DNA from: a candidate division FCPU426 bacterium
Lineage (GTDB): Bacteria > Oederibacteriota > Muellerivitia > Muellerivitales > Muellerivitaceae
Reading direction: 5' to 3'
Assembly: GCA_963796105.1 (NCBI GenBank)
Contig: CAWCKJ010000006.1
Location: forward strand, 64,001 to 128,000
Length of the DNA stretch: 64,000 nucleotides
Shown here: in pieces, positions 11,854 through 18,948 of the stretch
Layout of the letters: each line of letters begins with the position of its first letter
Position numbering within the stretch: the first letter of the stretch is position 1
Program-made: the position numbers and the translations under genes
Notes under the pieces: model-generated
Seen by the model: only the letters and a program-made list of their open reading frames with translations
Databases searched by the model: none
Told to the model about the DNA's origin: nothing

Positions 11854-12105
11854 AAATTAAGAACTTCTAAAATAAATTCTTGAATCCACCTCAAAACCCC
11901 AGAACTCTTCACGCAGAAGTGAATTGTCGTTGACAGTAAAAAAGAATATTTTTTAATGAACTTCCTTGGCTGTGTCTCTGTGACTCTGTGGTAAAAAGAG
12001 GTTTTGTCAGTGTCCCTTAATCTTTATTTTTATAAGTGGGTTGATTCTCCTGGATTACCTATCGTAAGTTTTCATTGAGAATTAGGTATCGATACGGGGG
12101 AGAAT

Positions 12106-12576
12106 ATGGAGAAAGCTACATTCGGAGCGGGGTGTTTTTGGGGCGTGGAGGAATTGTTCCGAAATTTAAAGGGCGTGTCATCTACGGCGGTTGGGTATGA
12201 AGGAGGCAAATTGAACCGGCCAACCTACCAGGCGGTTTGCACGGACCAAACCGGCCACGCTGAAGTCGTTGCAATCCAATTTGATCCTTCGGTTATTTCT
12301 TACGAGAGCCTTTTGGACGCCTTTTGGGAATGCCACGACCCAACCACCCTCAACCGCCAGGGGCCCGATTACGGCACCCAGTACAGGTCGGTCATCTTTT
12401 TCCATACCCCCGCTCAGGAAAAAACCGCCAAGGATTCCATGAAAAAATCAAGCCAATCCGGCAGGTTCAGGAACCCCATTGTTACCCAAATTGTTCCCGC
12501 CGAAACCTTTTGGCGGGCGGAAGAATACCACCAGCAATACCTGTTCAAACGGGGCTTGGGTAACTGCCATATCTAG
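12106..12576 (+). CDS. msrA: Peptide-methionine (S)-S-oxide reductase
   Basis: [18 protein letters not shown] and AEEYHQQY motifs. Confidence 0.97.
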   Translation: MEKATFGAGCFWGVEELFRNLKGVSSTAVGYEGGKLNRPTYQAVCTDQTGHAEVVAIQFDPSVISYESLLDAFWECHDPTTLNRQGPDYGTQYRSVIFFHTPAQEKTAKDSMKKSSQSGRFRNPIVTQIVPAETFWRAEEYHQQYLFKRGLGNCHI

Positions 12577-12751
12577 CAGACTGCTGAAAAAATAAAAATA
12601 GGCCACAAAGCAGCCTGCGACCCCAAAGATTCCGCAGGCTTTGGTTTGAGGGTACATAGGGGATTTACCCTATGAGCGCTGTTGAATCGTGGGGTTTCCG
12701 CAAATGTCGTCAGCTGAAAAAGTCCGTTTGGGGGACTTTTTCAGCACCCTG
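12577..12751. mobile_element. 175-bp non-autonomous MITE-like element
   Basis: Terminal IRs cagactgctgaaaaa / tttttcagcaccctg, flanked by CTAG at 12573-12576 and 12752-12755; no ORF. Confidence 0.7.
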
Positions 12752-12874
12752 CTAGTTCCTGATAATGAAGATTAATTAGGTTGCATGCAAGAAGGGAATC
12801 TAAGCGTTCTGGACTGTAACACTTCGGTTGAAGCGTTACGGGAGACTTTGAATATTATTAATGAATAAAACAAA

Positions 12875-13889
12875 GGGGTCAGGCCATCATTCATCATTTT
12901 ACAAATAGTGTGAGTTGTTTACAATGCCCTAATGCCAAGGCCTAAACGGATCCATTACGAAGGGGCGGTTTACCATGTAACCTCGCGCGGTAATGAACGG
13001 CGAAAGATTGTTATGAATGACGCCGACCGCTGGATGTTTATTCGGTTATTGGGGGAAATGGTTGAAGAGAATGGTGTGTTATGTCACGCTTGGGTATTGA
13101 TGGATAATCATTACCATTTGATGCTGGAAACCCCAAGCGCGAATTTATCAGCAGCCATGAAACATTTAAACGCCCAATACACACAAAAATTCAATAAAAA
13201 GCATTATCGGAACGGGCATTTGTTCCAGGGGCGGTATAAGGCCATTATTGTGGAGAAAGACAGTTATTTAAAGGAATTAAGCCGGTATGTGGTATTGAAT
13301 CCGGTAAGGGCCCGGATGGTAAAACACCCCAAAGACTGGAAGTGGAGTAATTACCGGGCGACGGCGGGATTTGATAGGGCGGAAAAATGGCTGGAAGTGG
13401 ACTGGTTATTAGGGCAGTTTGGAAAGGAAAGAAAAAAGGCGCAAAAATCATACAGGACTTTTGTGGAAGAGGGGATGGGGAAGAAAGAAAAGCCTTGGGA
13501 TGATTTGTATTCGCGTATATACCTGGGTGGTAAGGAGTTTTTGGACAAGGTTCACGAAGTAGGGCAACGTCACAAACATTTGGATGTACCGAAATATCAG
13601 AAAAACGTGGTAAAGCAAGATCCGAAAGAAGTGCTGGAGAAAGTAGGAAGAATGTATGGTGAAAAAGCGGAGGAAATATTGAGGGCAGGCAAAAGGGAGT
13701 CGGAAGCCCGGGATATGGCGATATATTTATTAAAGAGAAAATCAGGAATGAGTTCCAAGGCGATAGGAATAAAGATGGGGGTGGGGGAAAGCGCGGTGGG
13801 AAACCGATTGATGAAGATCAAAAAAAGGTTGGCGGAAGACGAAAAGTTTGCACGAAAGCTGATAAAGTGATGAATGATGGCCTGACCCC
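12875..13889 (+). mobile_element. TIR-bounded element carrying a Y1/HUH (RAYT-like) transposase
   Basis: Perfect 22-bp inverted repeats ggggtcaggccatcattcatca at 12875-12896 and 13868-13889 enclose the gene. Confidence 0.8.
12932..13870 (+). CDS. REP-associated-type tyrosine (Y1, HUH) transposase with C-terminal HTH
   Basis: YHVTSRGN, LMDNHYHL (HUH), GHLFQGRYKA, YVVLNPVRA, WKWSNY; DnaA-C-like HTH tail. Confidence 0.9.
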   Translation: MPRPKRIHYEGAVYHVTSRGNERRKIVMNDADRWMFIRLLGEMVEENGVLCHAWVLMDNHYHLMLETPSANLSAAMKHLNAQYTQKFNKKHYRNGHLFQGRYKAIIVEKDSYLKELSRYVVLNPVRARMVKHPKDWKWSNYRATAGFDRAEKWLEVDWLLGQFGKERKKAQKSYRTFVEEGMGKKEKPWDDLYSRIYLGGKEFLDKVHEVGQRHKHLDVPKYQKNVVKQDPKEVLEKVGRMYGEKAEEILRAGKRESEARDMAIYLLKRKSGMSSKAIGIKMGVGESAVGNRLMKIKKRLAEDEKFARKLIK

Positions 13890-14360
13890 ATTGTTCATCT
13901 TCCGAAGGATTTTGAAAAAGCCAAGGTGGTGGGTGAAGTTCCTGAAACAGACCGGTTTGATTTAACCATTGGCCTTTCTATACGGAATAAAAAAGCTTTT
14001 GATCAGTATGATCAAGAACTGCACAGTATAAAAAACCCTCGAAAGCGCCATTATCTTACCCGTGATCAAGAAGAAAAGATGTTTTATCCGACCAAAAACA
14101 ATTATCAGGCCTTAATTGATTTATGCAAGTCGCACGGGCTGAAAATTAGAGGCACAGATCCTGATCGTCTTTTGTTGGCTGTAAATGGCACGATTAAAGA
14201 TATTCAAAAAATATTTCACATAAAGTTTCATAAATACCAGATGCCCAATGGTTTTGAATTCCGTTCGCCCGATCAGGAGCCATCAATCGATTTGGACGTA
14301 CCGATAGAACGTATAGATAGTCTCGGCGATTATTTTAGGGCAGTACCGGCTGAGAGGTAA
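13890..14360 (+). pseudogene. Stand-alone peptidase S53 (kumamolisin-type) pro/activation domain, 5' end abutting the transposase TIR
   Basis: Frame open from the TIR (IVHLPKDFEKAKVVGEVP...LTIGLSIRN...RHYLT...HGLKI...LLLAVNGTIKDIQKIF); no catalytic domain follows. Confidence 0.6.
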
Positions 14361-14385
14361 GAGCTTTTTTAACTGAGATTATTTG

Positions 14386-14422
14386 CCTGCACATGGCTGT
14401 CGCAAAAAGGATGGTGTGCAAC
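14386..14422. repeat. 37-bp direct repeat, copy 1 of 4
   Basis: CCTGCACATGGCTGTCGCAAAAAGGATGGTGTGCAAC. Confidence 0.97.
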
Positions 14423-14465
14423 GTCGTTAGCTGAAAAAGTCTGATTTGGAAACTTTTTCAACTAG
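14423..14465. mobile_element. Right-end remnant of the MITE at 12577-12751
   Basis: gtcgttagctgaaaaagtc...actttttca..ctag aligns with 12706-12755. Confidence 0.6.
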
Positions 14466-14494
14466 TTCGATTTAGCAGTAGGGAGGCGTATTAA

Positions 14495-14647
14495 GTGAAA
14501 TTTCTAAAAACGTTTAAACCAAACTGTTCATTCCAAAATGTCCTCAATGCTTTGCCCCTTTCCAGGAATAATAATCTTCAGGCATCACTTTCAATTACCG
14601 TTTTTACGCCCAGCACTCATTTGAAATTCTTTGGAGGCATTTCGTGA
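14495..14647 (+). CDS. Leader peptide 1 (50 aa, MKFLKTFKPNCSF...FGGIS)
   Basis: gggagg RBS; GTG start; stop overlaps the next start (GTGA); homologous to leaders 2 and 3. Confidence 0.7.
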   Translation: MKFLKTFKPNCSFQNVLNALPLSRNNNLQASLSITVFTPSTHLKFFGGIS

Positions 14648-15756
14648 AAAAAGAAAATAGAACCATTTTTTCAATGAGGTGGTTAAGAAAAGAGTTTGTT
14701 AGTGGGCTAACAACTATATTTCTTTTTAGTCTCGTTTTATCAATTGGTACTAAGACAGTTAATGCTCAAGACCATCCGGATCAAATAAAACATCCTTCTT
14801 TTTTTCAACCAGATGAAGAAGCAAAAAAAGTTTTTAATGATCGAATATATTTAGCCCAAAAGAAAGGCGAAAAAAGAAAGATAGTGGTATACGGCGAAGT
14901 CCATTTTGAAGAAAAATCTAAGGTTGAAACTAGCAAACTTTATTTTACCGATGGTCAAGGGAAAATCCTTAATACTTTTAATATTTACCCTAATTCTAAT
15001 GTTCATAACTGCCAAAGTGATATTCGCTTTTCGAAAAAATATCTTTCCATTCGAAGGACTTTTCGAGACGGAAAAAAAGAGGTGCTGGATGGTTTTGTGT
15101 TTAACAATGAAGGAACTGTTTTGTGGCATGTCCCAAAAGAAGATGTGTCCGGTTATATTTTCCCTTGTGATAAAACTGAAAGCGTGTTGACGATTGATGA
15201 TTGGAAAGGTCATTTAATAAATTACGATATTAATGGTGTCGAAAAGAATAATAAATACTTTTCCGATCAAAACGATGAAAAGTTTCCCGATTTGGCAACC
15301 CCAGATTCAGAGAATGCGGCAATTTGGGGAGGTTGCGCTTCTTCCGATGACGGCAATTATGTTGCCGTCGCTAGGTCGTCCAACGATATAAGGAATTTTC
15401 AAAATGAACTCACTTTGATTAATTCAACCGGGAAGGTTATATTCCAAAATAAAGATAATCAGTCACTTTTTAATTCTGTTTTGAAGGTTTATGAAGATCC
15501 TAATCTTATTGTTCTGTGGGGGAAAATTAAAGGAATGCCTTCGATGTTTAAACATGATGTAGGACATCATGAATATTTTGGATTTGATTTTACCGGAAAG
15601 TTGCTTTGGAAAGTTGATGGTGAAAAATATTATATCGATCCAACATTGATGAATTCCCGAATAGTTAGCCTGAGTGAAATTGACAACACAAATGGGAAAA
15701 CGCATTTACTGCAAAGTAATCTAACACTTAATGTCTCAACAGGGGAAATTAAGTAA
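14644..15756 (+). CDS. Exported protein, probable beta-propeller
   Basis: Signal peptide (VNA-Q); repeated G-x-x-L-W / DG..VAV blade-like motifs; AT-rich. Confidence 0.7.
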   Translation: MKKENRTIFSMRWLRKEFVSGLTTIFLFSLVLSIGTKTVNAQDHPDQIKHPSFFQPDEEAKKVFNDRIYLAQKKGEKRKIVVYGEVHFEEKSKVETSKLYFTDGQGKILNTFNIYPNSNVHNCQSDIRFSKKYLSIRRTFRDGKKEVLDGFVFNNEGTVLWHVPKEDVSGYIFPCDKTESVLTIDDWKGHLINYDINGVEKNNKYFSDQNDEKFPDLATPDSENAAIWGGCASSDDGNYVAVARSSNDIRNFQNELTLINSTGKVIFQNKDNQSLFNSVLKVYEDPNLIVLWGKIKGMPSMFKHDVGHHEYFGFDFTGKLLWKVDGEKYYIDPTLMNSRIVSLSEIDNTNGKTHLLQSNLTLNVSTGEIK

Positions 15757-15792
15757 TAAGTCCTTTTATAAATATTTTAGAAAGTTGATTAT

Positions 15793-16011
15793 ATGCTAAA
15801 AAAATACTTTTTTATTTTAGGTTTTTTTCTTTTTCCTTTTCTGGGTCATTCCCAAGAAATAACTTTTAGTTGGCCATTCCTAGATCCAGACGGAAATTTT
15901 CCATCTAAAGTTCAGCATATAATACGTCAAACCGTAGGTGCTTATCGTGGACCCCGAAATACTGCTACACCAGCAATAAGTGGGTCCCGTTTTCACCGAG
16001 GAGTGGATTTA
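15793..16011 (+). pseudogene. N-terminal fragment of a secreted M23-type metallopeptidase, cut at repeat 2
   Basis: Signal peptide, FSWPF, GAYR and FHRGVDL (HxxxD zinc motif); the second HxH motif is absent. Confidence 0.7.
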
Positions 16012-16048
16012 CCTGCACATGGCTGTCGCAAAAAGGATGGTGTGCAAC
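16012..16048. repeat. 37-bp direct repeat, copy 2 of 4
   Basis: Identical to copy 1. Confidence 0.97.
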
Positions 16049-16089
16049 CTCTCCTCCACCCACCAGTCAGTAGCAGGGAGGTGTATTAA

Positions 16090-16254
16090 ATGAAATTTCA
16101 CAAATCTTTTGAATCAAACTGTTCTTTCTGTTCGGCCTTTCAAGCTTTGCCCCTTTCCTGGAAAAATCATCGTTTAAACTTTTCCACATTTCCTAATTTG
16201 AAGACTTTGCCGAATACTGTTTACCATCAACCAACTTTCGGAGGAATTGAATGA
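16090..16254 (+). CDS. Leader peptide 2 (54 aa, MKFHKSFESNCSF...FGGIE)
   Basis: gggagg RBS; ATGA overlap with the gene at 16251. Confidence 0.7.
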   Translation: MKFHKSFESNCSFCSAFQALPLSWKNHRLNFSTFPNLKTLPNTVYHQPTFGGIE

Positions 16255-17222
16255 AAAAGGAAATCAAAAGCTATTTAGCCATTTTGCTTGCAACTTCGAT
16301 TTTAGGCTTTTTGTGTGCATCCTCCTTTTGTCAAGCTGCTACCGAATCAAAAATCTTTACTAAAAAAGAAATTTTATTTCTGAACTGGGGGAAGTCAAAT
16401 AACGAAGTCGGTTTGACAAAGAAAACGTTAAAGCCGTATCAAGGAGGCGGCATAAATTATTTTTATCCAACAGATTTTGGAATCGACGGAGAAGAAAATT
16501 TGTACATTCTTGATGCGCCTAACAACAAGATAAAAGTATTTTCTAAAAACGGTGATTTTATCAAGTCGTTTGACAATGAGTTGCCAAACATAAAAATGCT
16601 TGTGGGACAAGATGGAGAAGTTTATTTGCCGATCTACGCAGATAGTTTCAAAAAGCATTGGGTTTTACGGATCAAGAAAAATGGTGAGCAAATAAAGTAC
16701 ACAGGGGAATTGGGCGAGTATGTCGAAGGAAATACGATGTATCGCTGGGACGGGAAACCCGTAATGGTTTTTGAGGATAAAAAGAATAACGATTTTTCCA
16801 ATGAGCCTCCTCATTTATATCGGGAAAAGGATGTAACGCAAGATAATTTGCGCGAAAAGAAAATTTATATTAAAACAAAACAAATAAATAAATTTTTAAA
16901 CTTGAATGATAATCCGGATTTAGAACTGCCAATAGTCCAAAAGAAAAACATGTGGACTCACGGCCCCGAAGTCATCGGTGTAGATAAAAAGGGTAATATT
17001 TATCTTCACTACAACTTTGAATGGGCTCGTGCTTTGGTTGAGGAGGATTTGTATGTTTATTCCTCTCAAGGAAAATTAATTGGAAATATCCAGTTTTATG
17101 ACAAGCCCGCCACCCGAGAACATTACCGGGAAGATTTTATAAAAATTAGCAATGAAGGCAATGTTTATCAAATGTTAATCTTGGAAGATGGGGTTCATCT
17201 TTTCGAATGGCAAAAACAGTAA
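16251..17222 (+). CDS. Exported NHL-repeat / beta-propeller protein
   Basis: Signal peptide; YPTDFGIDGEENLYILDAPNNKIKVFSKNG NHL-like repeat; IGVDKKGNIY. Confidence 0.8.
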   Translation: MKKEIKSYLAILLATSILGFLCASSFCQAATESKIFTKKEILFLNWGKSNNEVGLTKKTLKPYQGGGINYFYPTDFGIDGEENLYILDAPNNKIKVFSKNGDFIKSFDNELPNIKMLVGQDGEVYLPIYADSFKKHWVLRIKKNGEQIKYTGELGEYVEGNTMYRWDGKPVMVFEDKKNNDFSNEPPHLYREKDVTQDNLREKKIYIKTKQINKFLNLNDNPDLELPIVQKKNMWTHGPEVIGVDKKGNIYLHYNFEWARALVEEDLYVYSSQGKLIGNIQFYDKPATREHYREDFIKISNEGNVYQMLILEDGVHLFEWQKQ

Positions 17223-17319
17223 AAAATATAAGCCGGTTTTTATTATTCACCACCATTTTTTTGGCACAAACTTGCCTACTTGTTCCACAAGCAAAAGCGG
17301 GGCCGTCTTCACTGCCGGT
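17207..17319 (+). pseudogene. 5' stub of a secreted-protein gene, cut at repeat 3
   Basis: MAKTVKNISRFLLFTTIFLAQTCLLVPQAKA-GPSSLP: complete Sec signal peptide with AxA site, overlapping the upstream stop. Confidence 0.6.
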
Positions 17320-17356
17320 CCTGCACATGGCTGTCGCAAAAAGGATGGTGTGCAAC
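17320..17356. repeat. 37-bp direct repeat, copy 3 of 4
   Basis: Identical to copy 1. Confidence 0.97.
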
Positions 17357-17464
17357 AAAATTAAAGTATTCTCATAATTTTTCTGGCAATTTTTTTAAAA
17401 CGTCTATTAACAGGTATTCAACCCTCTCCTCCACCCACCAGATAGCAGTAGGGAGGCATATTAA

Positions 17465-17584
17465 GTGAAATTTCTAAAAACGTTTAAATCAAAATGTTCA
17501 TTCCTATCAGCTCTTTCTGCTAATTTCAAACACGAAAGTTTAATCGAAAATCGTAATTCATTAAACATCGGAGGTTTGGAATGA
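17465..17584 (+). CDS. Leader peptide 3 (39 aa, MKFLKTFKSKCSF...IGGLE)
   Basis: gggagg RBS; GTG start; ATGA overlap with the ORF at 17581. Confidence 0.7.
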   Translation: MKFLKTFKSKCSFLSALSANFKHESLIENRNSLNIGGLE

Positions 17585-18657
17585 ATTCCTCTTCGTATAT
17601 ATCGAATATCCATAGGAGGTTATGCATGATAAAAGAAATTAAAAACGGAAATGAACTGAAATGGTTAACAAAAGAATTCAAAGGTGTACTTATTTCTGTT
17701 TATATAATTATTTCACCTTCTTTAACAAATTATCTATGGGGTGATACTTACACCCCAAAGGTGAAATATGAAAAAAAATATAAATTTGATTATAAATTCC
17801 ACATGGAAAAAGAAAATCCATCGTGTGTTTACATAATTGATTCAGGCAACGTTTACGAGCTTCATTACAAAAACCCTTATGTAGAGGTTTTCAATAACAA
17901 GGGAAACCCTTTACGGACTTTCAAATGCAACTGGAAGGGTGGCGAACCCAACGTTACTTATAGGCTATTGATGGATGATAAAGGGAATATGCTTGTCTAT
18001 ACACCATGGACCAACAACGCAAATAATTTCATCTTGGATAAAGATGGAAATTTATTAAAGACCTTTTTTTGTGGAGTAACTTGGCCTTGGAAAATCGGAT
18101 TTGAAAATGGTGTCGTTTATGACAAGGCAAATGGAATTGTATTAGGTGCTATTGACGAGAAACGGGGCGAAATTAAGCAAAAGATATTTTTTAAAGATAT
18201 TGACGATTTATATAACCCTCATGATTTACAGGAACCCCATCGTGGAGTAAAAATAAAAAAGCATATTAGACAAATAAAACTGCCGAAATATCTTCAACAA
18301 ATTGACGGTTCATATGTGGAAATCGAAAAAATCAAAGAAATGCCATTTGGGTTATATACAACTCCACCCAAAGGATTTGATGGAAAATTCAAATATGAAG
18401 AAATTATCGATATGGATGAGCAAGGTAACATTTATGCGAGATATGAAACGCCTCCGATTAGGATCGGCGATAAATACACAGGAAAAGTGAATCAAGCTTT
18501 CAAAATTTTCGTTTTTAATCCCAACTTTAAATTGTTGACTGTCCTAGATGCGAAAGATATTGGTTTTCCAGATCTTCCGACAAGAAATTTGTATGAATTA
18601 AAACCCGGACCAGAGCCGGGAGATATCAAGGTATATAAATGGGAAAAGATGCACTGA
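17581..18657 (+). CDS. Probable exported beta-propeller-like protein
   Basis: Blade-like motifs IDSGNVY, MDDKGNML, DMDEQGNIY; N-terminal hydrophobic stretch; alternative start at 17626. Confidence 0.7.
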   Translation: MNSSSYISNIHRRLCMIKEIKNGNELKWLTKEFKGVLISVYIIISPSLTNYLWGDTYTPKVKYEKKYKFDYKFHMEKENPSCVYIIDSGNVYELHYKNPYVEVFNNKGNPLRTFKCNWKGGEPNVTYRLLMDDKGNMLVYTPWTNNANNFILDKDGNLLKTFFCGVTWPWKIGFENGVVYDKANGIVLGAIDEKRGEIKQKIFFKDIDDLYNPHDLQEPHRGVKIKKHIRQIKLPKYLQQIDGSYVEIEKIKEMPFGLYTTPPKGFDGKFKYEEIIDMDEQGNIYARYETPPIRIGDKYTGKVNQAFKIFVFNPNFKLLTVLDAKDIGFPDLPTRNLYELKPGPEPGDIKVYKWEKMH

Positions 18658-18661
18658 GAAA

Positions 18662-18698
18662 CCTGCACATGGCTGTCGCAAAAAGGATGGTGTGCAAC
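18662..18698. repeat. 37-bp direct repeat, copy 4 of 4
   Basis: Identical to copy 1. Confidence 0.97.
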
Positions 18699-18781
18699 AG
18701 GAACAGTTTTTGGAGTGAGTTGCAAAATTGTAGTGTTTACCGGCGGAAATGCGGGTTTCCGGTGCATGTTCCTAGGCTCAA

Positions 18782-18900
18782 TAAAATCGAGGTTTTAACA
18801 GTCACCCCAAGTGTTAACACCAATAAAATTGCGGTGTTAACGGTCGCCCATAAGTGTTAACACCTGAAAAATTGCGGTGTTAACAGCAGGTGTTAACACC
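18782..18900. repeat. Cluster of six TTAAC / (G)TGTTAACA(C) palindromic sites
   Basis: TTAAC cores at 18795, 18814, 18837, 18857, 18880 and 18893; perfect GGTGTTAACACC at 18889-18900. Confidence 0.8.
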
Positions 18901-18948
18901 CTAATGTCGCCGGAAATGTGGGCGGGTTATCCTACCTGCCGACGGAAA

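Noticed and set aside
16012..16089. C-terminus of the 98-aa ORF at 15793
   Set aside because: Read-through into the repeat and the next leader; not part of the original peptidase.
14386..18698. Canonical CRISPR array
   Set aside because: Spacers are 1.3-1.6 kb and no cas genes are in the window; reported as a repeat array instead.
14386..18698. Integron/CALIN attC cassettes or dif modules
   Set aside because: The repeats are identical and shorter than attC, lack the RYYYAAC...GTTRRRY order, and lack the TTATGTTAAA XerD arm; no intI or xer gene is present.
18639..18860. 73-aa ORF (and the 62-aa ORF at 17280) spanning a repeat
   Set aside because: Chimeric read-through across the 37-mer into non-coding DNA.
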